Positions 27,554-39,646 of a stretch of DNA of 64,000 bases are shown here, piece after piece. Source of the stretch: Paraphysomonas bandaiensis (taxonomy: Eukaryota > Protista > Chrysophyceae); contig CBFFRP010000352.1 of the NCBI GenBank assembly GCA_965644295.1, positions 1-64,000 of the forward strand. Direction: 5' to 3'. Within the stretch, counting starts at the first letter, position 1. Each line of letters starts with the position of its first letter. The notes beneath the pieces were generated by a model. That model saw only the letters and a program-made list of their open reading frames with translations, was not told the DNA's origin and ran no database searches. The position numbers and the translations under genes were made by a program.

Positions 27554-28220
27554 CTAGCAAGATCCACTCTTGAGAAGACTTTCAATATCTTTGGCAATAT
27601 TCTCAGTTGGGTAGTACCGGCTGTAGCGTTTTACGACATTGCCGTTGGCATCAATCAAGAACTTCTCGAAATTCCAAGCAATATCTGAGCGGGTAACCGG
27701 AGACCAGAGAGTAATGGTAGTGGAGTCAAAGCCTCCACGGGAAAGAATCAACACATCAGCATCATCAGCGCCGTTACCCTTGCTATCACCAGCGGGGTCA
27801 TTAGGGATGGGAATCTGAGAGCGCATCCACTTGAAGAGGGGATGAGCAGTAGCACCGTTGACATGTACTTTTCCGAACACATCAAATTTCGGCTCGAACC
27901 CATTTCCAGGGCGAACATATTTCAATGTATTAAGAAATTCACTCTCATTTTCATTTGTTTGATGGCCGAATTGGTTGCAAGGAAAACCAACTACAGCCAC
28001 AGTGTCGCCGAACTGATCCACAATGTTGTTCTACAAACCACGATTACAAACACTAAAAGATATTCGACTACTTCATTACCATTGCAGTCATATCGGCGAC
28101 GGTTGTGCCTCATAAAGAAGCAACGTTCTCAATGAGAACAGGTTTACCGCGGAACTTGCTGAGAGAGACATTTTCGCCCGTCAGTGACATGACGTTGAAG
28201 TCATAAAGAGTGGTAGACAT
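27554..28220 (-). CDS. GPX: Selenocysteine-containing glutathione peroxidase (GPx1/2-like)
   Basis: Exon 1 (28220-28080) reads MSTTLYDFNVMSLTGENVSLSKFRGKPVLIENVASL-TGA-GTTVADMTAM. GT-AG intron at 28079-28031. Exon 2 has GFPCNQFGHQ, LKYVRPGNGFEP and WNFEKFLI. An alternative in-frame ATG lies at 28277. Confidence 0.93.
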
Positions 28221-29036
28221 TGATGAAAAGGAGCGCTTTACAAGATTGCTACTAGTTGCTGATTGAGCGGGTTGCATGGAAATGTTGTTGCTGCAAACTA
28301 CTCTCCTTGAAGATGTTTTTATCGTTTAGACTTGTACGGAGACAGTGACTGCTGCATTGATTGCATCTCAATCTCACTGATATCTGAGCGATAGATGTTG
28401 CTTCCAGAAACGAGCTCCATATCAATGATCGGAATACATGTATTACGAAAGGTATATTGATAAGATAGTAGGAGAATACATCAGAATACCGAAGGATTCC
28501 TACAGTTGATTTTCAACCACTCACATACCGTATACATGTATACCGGTATACAGCTGTATATGCCCATCTTCCATGTGTCTGATGTATGTGCGTGTGTATG
28601 CAGCCAGTCCAGTCATAATGTATGGTTGCTATCATCTCGTCTAGCTACTCTCATCAGGTCAACACAGACAGACACACACCACTAATCCACTAATTCCAGT
28701 CATAACATCAATGACTTCATATCACATAGCGAACCTCATTCATATATCTGCCACTACATCGTATGTTCCAATGAGTATGCGGTGTGAGGGTGCGGATGTG
28801 TCTCTCGATCTCTTGTCTCAGTGATATCAGGTAGATATGCGTACGTGTATATATGTATGTACTGTCCGTCTCTGTGTATGTTACGATAAAGGCCTAATGA
28901 ATTTTACACCATGCTAATACTGATAATAATCATTGATGAGCAGTTCTGTTATGAAGGCCGTCACTCACCACACTCTGTGCTTGTTATATACGCAACAGTG
29001 CTAATTGTTTGTATGCTGTCGTAGATACAGACACAC

Positions 29037-30434
29037 ATGTCAAGAAAGCGTCGAAAGAAAGAGTATGGTGGACATATACGGAACCCACGTAATCAAACAC
29101 AATCAGACGAAGATACTAAAAGAAAAACAGCTGAGATTGAGGCTGCACTGAAGGCACAGCGTGCTCGAAATGCATCCTCTGCTGTGCCCGATGCGGAGAC
29201 TAAGTCAACATCGCCAGTGCCCTCTATCCCAGGCATGGTTTACGACAGCGAAACGGATAGATACTATAGGCGTAAGCATGCACCATCTCGCCCGAGCCAT
29301 CCAACGCTTGTTGCGAGTAAAAAGAAAGGATACCCTGGTGTCACGTCTGTATCCTGTGTTGAGATGCTTCGTAATCGTGCCTATGGTGGAGTGGTTTACG
29401 CAGAACGAAATTATCGGGTGATAGATCAGTTGATATCTCATACATTGCGCTGCGAACTATTGTCGCATCTAACCTTCCCGCGTAATAAGTGCGACCTCTC
29501 CTTTCATGTTGACCATGGCCTGGCTTTATCAAGCGGCGGGGCGATTCGCTTCCATCCAGATCGTTTTGCGTCCCGGTCGTTAGTGCGGGGTCATGTTATT
29601 CAATCACTCCGCTGGCGTGCTAGTCCTGATCCGTGCCTTGCAGCTTTGACTCATGATGATCAGGGAACGCCTCATATCTATGTTATTCCCGCCAGTGAAG
29701 ACGCGGCAGATAGAATCCATCCCCCGTTGAATAGATTGCTGAATGTCCCAGCGACTACTGTGGAATGGGTACGCGAAACTGAGCTTGTTCTTTTAGGATG
29801 TCAAGACGGGCTTGCAACCATACAAGTGGATCTAGCTCATCCTCCTGTATGCAGAGAGAGGTCTGCTTCGCCAGTATCTGCATTGTCACCTGTTGTTTCT
29901 TCTGGAAATGTGTGCTTGGCGGGAATGCGAAATGGCCGGGTTGTTATGACCGATTTAAGATGCGTTCCAGGGTTCTCACCACTTTGTTCCTTGCCACTAT
30001 GTGTGGACCACGTTCAGCCGTTGCAGGATGGTTACTCCGTGGTATGCCGTGACGTTGCAGGAAACATCAGTGTTTACGACTTACGAGCACATTCGCGAGA
30101 GCGAATGACTATCTGTCGTGCGACGAGCCTTTCCCGGGCATCACTATCCCGTAGTAGATTTTGGGTGTCTTCCGATGAAAGAATTCTTGTGACATCTGGT
30201 ATTGGTGGGACACATCTGTCCCCGAGACAAGACGGGGGTCTACGAGAGACAGTGAATGTATGGAGCTTGAAAACTCCTCATAGTCTTTTAAATGAAATAG
30301 ACTTTGCTCAGACAATGCAAACACCTGGCTTAGCAAGACCCTCTGTGATATTTGCAGGGAATAGCTATTTTTCTAAGGAGTGGGAAACGTACTTTTGCTT
30401 CAACGACACAGTAACTTTTAGAATAGCAATATGA
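29037..30434 (+). CDS. DCAF4/WDR21-like WD40 protein (putative DDB1-CUL4 substrate receptor), intronless
   Basis: PSIPGMVYDSETDRYY resembles the DCAF4 N-terminal PGFYxDxExxRYF motif. H-box-like SCVEMLRNRAYG and DxR-type motifs GMRNGRVVMTDLR and ISVYDLR. Confidence 0.65.
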   Translation: MSRKRRKKEYGGHIRNPRNQTQSDEDTKRKTAEIEAALKAQRARNASSAVPDAETKSTSPVPSIPGMVYDSETDRYYRRKHAPSRPSHPTLVASKKKGYPGVTSVSCVEMLRNRAYGGVVYAERNYRVIDQLISHTLRCELLSHLTFPRNKCDLSFHVDHGLALSSGGAIRFHPDRFASRSLVRGHVIQSLRWRASPDPCLAALTHDDQGTPHIYVIPASEDAADRIHPPLNRLLNVPATTVEWVRETELVLLGCQDGLATIQVDLAHPPVCRERSASPVSALSPVVSSGNVCLAGMRNGRVVMTDLRCVPGFSPLCSLPLCVDHVQPLQDGYSVVCRDVAGNISVYDLRAHSRERMTICRATSLSRASLSRSRFWVSSDERILVTSGIGGTHLSPRQDGGLRETVNVWSLKTPHSLLNEIDFAQTMQTPGLARPSVIFAGNSYFSKEWETYFCFNDTVTFRIAI

Positions 30435-32781
30435 CATGATAATGCATATTACATGAGTATTTGCAACGATATTTTATTTTGAGATTTTAAATAGATGCTC
30501 TTATGTTTGTTACTTGATTTAACTTTCTTCACGATTTTTCTTTGGTGTAAATAAGCAGTATTGTGACTGTGATAAGAATCCCTTCGAGCGTGTATTATGT
30601 ATAATAAGAAATCGCGTCCGTAAACACGTAAAGACTTGTACCATAAAAAGAACTGCGAATAGTATACAAATGATTGCAAATGTTGCATGTACAGTAATTT
30701 AAAACAAATAGCCTTTCATAGTCACCTACTCTTTAGCAATAGTACACACAATTGTATCACTTCGCACAAATAGCAACCGCTGCCAAACTTCCCTATCTTG
30801 AATCGTAAAGATATTTAAATTTCACTATTAGGTATCATGCTATTAGCTATTAGGTATCTTTACAATTATATAGCGGTATAATAAAATAAGATTAGCTAGA
30901 CTTTGCATTCAATGAGATATATACTTCGTATTAGTAAGCAGTGTGCTGCGTATCAATCAATTGTCAATTAAGTGACGTAGGTTGTAGCCAAGTACAATTT
31001 GAATTTTGAATTATGAAAAGTAATTTAATTTAATTACAACTAATTGATACCAAACTACGTACTCAAGTAGCTATACACTATACATTAGCTGCCAACATAG
31101 TTTGCTCAACTGTACTTCGTACACGTTAGGAATAAACTTTACATAAGGAATATAGCCTAAAATAGTATAATAGCAAGGCACTGTTGAATAGAGTATTAGA
31201 ACCGTATCTTCTACATTCGCGTATTTTACATAATCTGGTAATTATTCAGTTAATTGATATTTTCATTGTATTGTTGTATTAATGCCTTCAGAGATATACG
31301 TGAATCAATGATATTAATACAATAGTTAGATTTTAGTAGACATCACAGTTTTGTTTTCACGTTATTCAGGTTTACGCATTTCATATATAATAGTTATATC
31401 CTTTTCAAACACAGATAATCGAACACCGGAAGTTATATTACACCCTTTGTCTGATGCATAGAAGGTCAGAATGATAACAGCGTAAGTGATCTACCTTCAA
31501 AACCAAAACTTTGCAATACTACTTCAAGAATTTTACCTAGCTGATGCTGAGGGTGACTTTCACGCATATCAGACTTGGATGCCTCATATCATACACACAG
31601 CATTAACAGGGGTTTCGTGCGTGGCACATAATTGTGAAGCATTCAATTCAACACGATATACATTCGATGCTTTGAATTGTAACCACTAGGTTGTCAGGTT
31701 GCTCTATACATTTTTTAACCCTCAACAAAGTCGGACTCGCACCTTTTCGATACGTTGTGGGGGATAAGTACCGGAGATATTTCTCCGGGAAACTAACGTG
31801 AGTCGCATATATATAGTCAGTAGATAAGTTTTGCCCACTCATAGCCAAATGCTTTTGCGGTTTAAGAATGGACACTACTATAAATATCACTTGTGTAGAT
31901 GTTCTCAAGAGATTGTAAATGCTCCAACCGAATGGTCTGATTTTGGATACATTTCATACGCATAGTGTATAGCTATCTTCACCACTACGATATGCACTAT
32001 CACCACTACTACTTACAGTAGTATTTATGCTCGGAGACGACGCGGCAACAGCCGTTGGGGCGCATTGTTAGTAGGTGGAGGATCATAAGCAGGTAGAGGA
32101 TCATCATTTTTTCTCATCAAAAGTTCACAAAGTTCTGCTATCTAGACAGGATATTACTTCCTGACGAAATTCAGCAACAGTGGAAGGTATCAGATCTGCT
32201 TTCTGCTGGGATTCGACGATTCGACGACCCCGCCACCATCTTTATGAACATTCTGTTTGCTCACTGCGTTGTTTTGAGTGATAGAGCTAAATTGGTAACA
32301 CCCTCGACCTTGGTGCTCGCGATGACGCTTATAAGCCTTAAGCAGCTTTCGTATCGTTAAACAGTAGGATATCAGAGTTATAATAAGACATTCACGACTA
32401 CAGCTTTTACTGTGATTATTTAGCTGTGTGAATAAGATTTTTAGAGTAGTCTAGCATGGAGTATCTACATCAGAATACAGAGCTTGCACTATACGTGAGG
32501 ATATAGCAAGAACCAAGACCTGTGAATTATTAACACTAGAGTAGAATGTCATGACATGAAGTACTAATGACCCACACCTTTACTTTTCTAAGCATGTTTG
32601 AAGTCATTTGTCAATTCCAGAAACAAACTAAAACCCTTAAAGTGTAAAGTGTATTCATAAACCACAGGTGTGCAGCAAACTTTCTCATTAATTAACTTGA
32701 ACTACATTACCAGTCGCCAAATCAACTCATTGGATACTGCATCACAAAATTCAATACAAGCCACGCACTCTATAGATGTGG

Positions 32782-35700
32782 TTACGGCTGTCCAGTTTTG
32801 GACTTTGTAAGGCGCTGTATAGATGTGATTCTGTCTCCAAGTGAAAGGGCGATACCTTGGGTCTTGGAGCGGATACGAATATATCCCGCCAGTGACCCTC
32901 CAACATCATCTTTACGCTCTACAGACACATTCACGAGAGCATCCTCACCAAACACAGAGCGTGCATAGAGGTTCGCTGCCAAAAAACTCGACCCTGCAGA
33001 TGCAATACTCTGCAATAGGGAGTAGTTAGAGAACTTGCAAGGATAAAAAACGGGGCAACTCCTTACCGTCTTTCCATCGTCTATAGGTGTTATGCAGGTC
33101 ATGTTCGTATTGGATACAATATGATGAAGGAATTCTTTGAGGTCAGTAATGTTAGTACTCACAGCAACCTGGTGAGAATATTGTCAACGTAGGTTCGACA
33201 CACACTTGTGGTTATTATACCTTATTTTCCCACTCAAACTCAGCCCACATACTTCTGAAATCCTCGCTCTTGCACTCCGCTGGTCGGATATAGTCCATGA
33301 TATTCAGTTGAATGTCACTCAAATTCACATATGTCTTCTGCGCAGTAGAGGAGTTGTCGAACACTATGGTTCCGAATATATGTCCTGTTTCAGTGGAGGA
33401 AACTTTTATATTAGCACGCAAGCGGCGCTCGTCCAGGGGTCCAATAGTGTGAGACTGTGGCCTCTCTACCAGCTTTAAGTCCCCCATAGTCGCCAACTCT
33501 ACCGTGAGGTTGGTGAGAGTATTAGGAGTACGATTGATGACCAACATATCCAAGATAATATCGTAATCGTGTACAGTGACAGAAGCTTCAGCATACACAG
33601 GGTCGGAATATCCTGTCAGTTGGTGAACGTGCTGAAGCTTACCCCTGTCGTGAGCTGCACTGTCACCTCCAGTTGCACGTGAAATGTCATCTGCATCCAT
33701 GAGATCCACTTCAATGCCACCCTGCACTGCCTGGGCGTGTAGCTGGCGGAACTGGATGAGATCATCCGCCTGAGACGCGAGTCTCTTCTTGTCGTCCTCA
33801 GTAGCCTTCGATTTGGCCGCCTTTTGTGAGGCAACAATAGCAGAGAAAGCGTCTCTGCATGAGTGTAGCCACGCTTCACCAAGGTTCTCTCTAACTACTG
33901 GGTCCAAAAGGACGCGGCAGCACATATGAAGGCGATCGACACAGTCTGCATGCATAACGTGCTTGCCTTTCGTCTTGGACTCTGCCAGTCGACCTACCCC
34001 GGCACACACAAGGAGTGTGGAAGTCGTCATACGATTCACAACCACGCCTACTAGCGACTTTTCCTGTGCAGCCTTCAAAGATAGTTTTGTCAACGTGGTC
34101 GCTGCCACAGTACCAAGCAGGACATCTCCACCAACGACCAATTTACGCAAATGCGGGACAGACTCCAGCGCGGCAGCACCTCCTGTAGTCTCTGTGCTAG
34201 TGACGCTTGCATACGTACCATCTGCGAGGACGATGTTCTTTGTAACCGTTGTAGTGACAGCAGCAGATGATTCCTCTGTTGTCTTCGGGGCCACCATAAA
34301 CGGCGCGTCTCCCAACAGACCGGTTATAGCCTCAAAAGCCTCCAACAACATTGTCTCTCCGCCCTACATACACAATTCACAAGATTAAACTTATGTGTAA
34401 TAGCCGCAATTACTCACGTCTGAGGTATCCCCATACTCGCCCAATACCCAGAGGGCCCCGCGGAGTGCATCTGCAGCGGTGACTTCGTCGAGGTTATTAA
34501 TCACTTTTCGGACCACAGCAGGGCGAAATGACGGGTACTGTTCCACGATACTCTTTACGCACTGTATGACGTTGTTGCCTCCATCTCCGGCAAGGAAATC
34601 TAAAAGTACCAGTACCACGGAGTCAGCAACTTCAGAAAATCGAGTCGCACACTTGTGAATGGCCTGAATAAGTAGAGCGCGGTACTCCTCTCCATGCTCA
34701 ATGTCGCTCTCTTGTGTACGCACAACCTCTCTCTTAAGAACCTGTACCACATCCTCAATGTTTCGTGGCCCTACCATGTCAATGGCGAGCGCAAGGGTCT
34801 TCTTGCAAATGTCTATATTGGGAGATGATAGAGCACGCATGATATCCATTAGAATTTCCTGAATGACCTTCATGTGATGCTTCTTGAGCTCTGCGAGTCG
34901 GTCCAATACAATCAGCTTGACATTATTGTCGCTTGAAGAGTTGAGGAGAGAAGCGAAGGCCTGAGCACAGGCTCTCACAGCTGTGGGTGCAGTAGAAAGG
35001 GATACAAGTGTCCACGCAGCCTCGTATGACACTGCAGGGGACTCAGACTGGATTAACTGGAACAGACACCGAACGAAGCGAGATTTTTGTGCAGGGTCTC
35101 TGCGGCAGGTCTACATAGATGTTAAACGAGATTACTTCAACATACAATGCCAATGCGTCTTTATATAAAACATACAGCACAACACAAGCACACACTAACA
35201 TATTAAACACAATTTCCATATAAATATTGTTCCACATAGGTGAAATAGTTTCAATACCTTGCGAGTGAGCTCTAGCACCAGAAGGGCGAAACCATCACCA
35301 TATTTCTGGATATCATCCATATGATCACTTAAAAAGTCAATCGCTATGTCTTCCGCCTCATTAAAGAGCATAAGAAATGCGTTTCGTCTTGCACTCATAT
35401 CAGCTTCGCTCGAAATAAATTTTTCCATCAACTCCGCCCCGTCCGGAAGGAGTTGCTCGCCAAAAGTTTTGTGAATACTATAAACGGCAAGGGCAGCATT
35501 TCTGCGTACATAGGAATGCCTATGTTCCAAGGCCACTTTAATTGATGGAATAAGTGGCTCCAAAATCTCTGACTCCTTTAGTTTACACAAGAATCGCAAC
35601 ATACAGCCGCGAATATATTCGTTTGGGCTCGTGAGGTCATTTCTCAAGGCGTTGCAGACAAGAATCATCTCAGACAGTAATTTACCATCGGGAGCATACT

Positions 35701-36054
35701 TAGGAACAAGTTCCCAGTAAAGCATAAGCAGCTTTTTGATCATATGATCGTCCGAGTTAATACAGAATCTTTATTGGAGTTAGTTATTATAATGAGGCAA
35801 AATACACACGCACCTGATGACTGTCATCAGCACACGCGGCATCGGCTCACCAGCGAGCAGCCCAATAATCGCATGCTTCAGAGCACTGCGCGACAATGAA
35901 TACACTCCACTACAATACTATTATATCTTTCCTACCGTATTTTATGGTTGACATCAGGGGATTCGAGGTCTTTACATATATCCTCCTGTTGCACGCTGGT
36001 AGACTTCTCCGTCGAGATTAAATACGTACAGTTCTTATCTGCCATGGATGCCAT
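32782..36054 (-). CDS. COPB1: Coatomer subunit beta (beta-COP), multi-exon
   Basis: EMILVCNALRNDLTSPNEYIRG, LEHRHSYVRRNA, LTGYSDPVYAEA, FRSMWAEFEWENKV, ANLYARSVFGEDALVN, YIRIRSKTQGIALSLGD. Confidence 0.97.
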
Positions 36055-36460
36055 ATTAAGTGAAATAACTCCAGCAACTGGTGCAGCAGATTTTGTAGTG
36101 TGTAATTATAGGCACCCAGGTGAGAGGCGGGATGATATTATGAATGCAAGTGATTGTATATAGTCAGTCATCTTGTAGGCAGGATGCGTGCAATTGTTGT
36201 GTGTATGTATGTATATGTATGTATATGGTAGATATGGTGTGTATGTATACCTGGTTTGGTGTTGTGGTGAGTCTAAAAAATATCCCCACCACACCCCACC
36301 CGTCGATGCAACCACCTCACACACAGCTTTTTATGTGACCAGCATATCCTTTTTTTTAATCCTTTTTAGAATTCAAAATCCCTATTTTTCCACTGTCTGC
36401 TTAAACTTCCATCACTTTAAACAATTGCAGCATGTGATAGGCACATAGATATAGATATAT

Positions 36461-37737
36461 ATGGATGTGTTATTGCGAGGTATCATATTGTGGGTCGTAG
36501 TCGCCTGTGTCTCTATACAAGCAGATAAATCTTCTCTGAAGGGGGATTCTCCCGCCACCGTTGCAAATGCAGATATTAGGCAACAAGTGTTGGGTCAAAT
36601 ACTGATTAATGAGGAACACAAATTCGCGTTTTGTCCGATTGAAAAGGTAGGAATGTAAAATTTGTGTGTGATGCTTGATTGCGGATCGTTCAGGTAGCCT
36701 CTACTCAGTTCAAGCAGTTATTCTACCGAATCTCTGGTGATGACCTGTGGTTCGAACCACCGTACCACAAACCTAGAATCCCAACACTAATGGACCTAGG
36801 GAAAGAGAGAGCTCAAGCAGTACTAGAAGATCCTTCATGGATAAAAGCAGTAATATTCAGGGATCCAGCCAAGCGGTACGCTTCGCTGCAGCTGCTATTG
36901 TTTTATATGACGTTGAAATGGACTTATAGATATGCCTGTATAATAAAACCGACATATGTAAGTTTATCTTTCGCAGGATGATATCTTCATACCTCCATCT
37001 TGTTCTTAATCCGGGTACGCCGAGTCGCTACCGAGATTATTTGCGCGAAAACCAGAGAAATGTCTCGTGGGATTCGTTCGTCCGTGCCATAGTAGGGGGA
37101 AAGAAAGGGTGGCGGAATCCTCACTGGGATCCACAGTCTAGCTTTTGTGGTCTCAATAAATTTTGGAAATATTTTAACTTCGTTGGAAACTACGAAGATA
37201 TACAAACACATGGAGAGATTCTTAATAGGGCAGTAGGCATTCTGAACTACAGTGAGTATCCTGCAGGGGCATGTGTGTATTATTTTGTATATCTGTTTCT
37301 GTCGACACATTTTTATGGTACATAGAAATGCATATGTGCACTTATATTTATATCAACTGCGTACGTTTAGCTTCTGACGGATGGTCTATCGTACGCCGGT
37401 TTAAGAGCCCCGTACTGAAGGGTTTCACACCTGCCATGCGTCGGAAGAAGTATATCAGAGAGAATAAACTATTAACCAGTAATCGTACAGGCGACTGTAT
37501 GTGGTGCAAGAATAGAGCACATCATCAGGTAGTATATCAACATCACTTGTATGTGTTTCACATTAACATTGATAATTGTAGAATAACTACACTGTAACTC
37601 CAATTGCTAGTCTTTTAACTATCGATACCTGGAAAACTATAAAGAATAGTTTGTTCTATGTGAAGGATTACGAACTCTTTAGTCAAATTACTGCATCGCC
37701 TTTTAATTCGAGTTTATATACACAGTGTCCTCTCTGA
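36461..37737 (+). CDS. Golgi-type carbohydrate sulfotransferase (Sulfotransfer_2 family), multi-exon
   Basis: N-terminal signal anchor, 5'-PSB FCPIEK|VASTQFK, 3'-PB IFRDPAKR|MISSY, NPHWDPQSSFC, YVKDYELF. Confidence 0.85.
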
Positions 37738-37759
37738 ATTCTGTGATATAAAGTATAAC

Positions 37760-38362
37760 ATAGGCAATACTGCATCAAAGAATTTGAAAGGTCTTGCTGC
37801 TATAAAAGGTATTCGAAATAATAATACGTATTAAGACTAGAAATAGGATACCTAATGCGACTCGACTAGGGGTATCATAGTCATTTCTCACTGTACTACA
37901 GTATGCTGATGAAACAGCCATTGGTAGACTTGTAATAGTATGAGCCTAAACTCAGTGCGTTTATCTATAAAACTACCGACATGTGTGAGTATAGCGTAAA
38001 GCATAGGCGATACTACATCAAAGAATTTAAAAGGCACTATTCGAAATATATATAATGTAATATATACATGTTACTAAGTAAGTGTGTTACTAAGTGTGAA
38101 TAGAAGTAAGTGTTACTAAAGTAGTATATAGTATATATATATGTTACTAAGTGTGAATAGGAGTAAGTGTTACTAAGTAAGTGTGTGTGTAATGTGTAAT
38201 AATACATATTAAGTCTAGAAATAGGCAACCTAATCCGACCCGAGTAGGGGTATCATAGTCATTTCTCACTGTACTACAGTATGCTGATGAAACAGCCATT
38301 GGTAGCAGAGAATAGTACGAGCCTAAACTCAGTACGTTTATCTATAAAACTACCGGCGTGTG
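37760..38362. repeat. Diverged tandem duplication (~230-bp unit), with a minisatellite inserted in copy 2
   Basis: Units at about 37760-37987 and 38002-38362 share an identical core ggggtatcatagtcatttctcactgtactacagtatgctgatgaaacagccattggtag. ttactaagtaagtgtg repeats occur at about 38070-38190. Confidence 0.8.
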
Positions 38363-38545
38363 GGTTCAAGATTAAAGCAGCTAACTATTTACTCGTACCC
38401 ACCAGCAACATATCTATAACCACTACTCGTGAACATAATCAAAAGACACAATAAGCATAAATAGAAGCATAATTAGTTAGTTCACCACACTCTGGAACGC
38501 GAGATGTATTGCGAAAGTATATGCACTGGTATAAGAGAACACCAA

Positions 38546-39316
38546 TTACGCCTTGGAGACAATCTTAGCAGCGCGAAGCTGGGCGGCGCGCTTCTTGGAT
38601 AGCTTAACAGTCACTTCCTCCTTCTCCTTGGCAATCTCAGTTCCCTTCTCTTCGGCAATAAGCTCGATGTGGGCAGGGCAAGACATGTAGGCTACCAAAG
38701 AAACTTAATCGAGATAGAAACATCATACTTCTTAAACTTACGGTTGATTCTACCATGGGCACGGTAAGTTCTTCTTCTCATGTTAGGAGCCTGATTAGCC
38801 TGAGCGTGAGTAATCTTGACGGCATCAACATCAAGGCCCTTGAACTGCACGCAATTAGAACATGCGATAAAATTATATATCACGTACATCTACGTTCGAC
38901 TCCAGGTTGCGAAGGAGATCAAGGAAGCTCTTGGTAGCCTTCTGGGGAAAAGCAACCTTGTCGCCAGGAGTTTTGTACTGCTTGCCAATAGCATGTCTGC
39001 CAATTCCACCAGTATATTTTCTGAAAGGAATGGCCGCTTTGTGCTCAAGTACATTTTCGAGGTAAGACTTGGCCTTAAGAAGCTCCATGCCCTTGATAGC
39101 AGCACAAATCTCACGGCAGTGCTTGTAATGCACTCTCAAGTGAGAAATACGCGCCTTGACGGCTAAATAAATAAATAATGTTAGCACACAGCCGGCAAGT
39201 GTATAAGGAATATACCTTTTCCCGCATTATCAGTGTCTTGACTGAATGAAAGCAGAAAAACACAAAATATTACAAAAGAGAAAATAATAATCACACACTA
39301 ACCTGTAGCGAACCAT
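38546..39316 (-). CDS. RPL17: 60S ribosomal protein L17 (uL22), multi-exon
   Basis: MVRYS.., [52 protein letters not shown]|[11 protein letters not shown]. Confidence 0.97.
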
Positions 39317-39646
39317 GTTTCCAAACTAACTCTGCTTCAATTAAATGTTGGTCAAGCCAAAGGGCCGTTCAATGTAGAGCCGACGAGCCGCTATTCCACT
39401 TCTCATCACACCACAATGTTTACCACTCTCCAAGAGATCTTGAAAAGTCAAACTGAAAAAAAGTTTGTGTGTGGGGATTTCTTTTTTTTTGCAATTGACG
39501 ACTGGGCATAACCGGGTGATACGGTATAGAGTGTAGGAAGTTCTACATGTGTGGTGGAGTAATCGTATACCGTATGCTATATATGATTGTGGATGTGATC
39601 TTGTATGTATCCACGCAGCATTACATTTAGAAGAGAAAGGAAAAAG

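Noticed and set aside
28110-28112. GPx as a pseudogene with a nonsense codon
   Set aside because: The TGA falls precisely on the catalytic residue, the rest of the gene is intact and a SECIS-like hairpin follows.
37905-37930. Hammerhead ribozyme at CTGATGA sites (about 37906, 38285, 41555, 44452)
   Set aside because: No stem II followed by GAAA or a properly placed stem III/cleavage triplet could be built.
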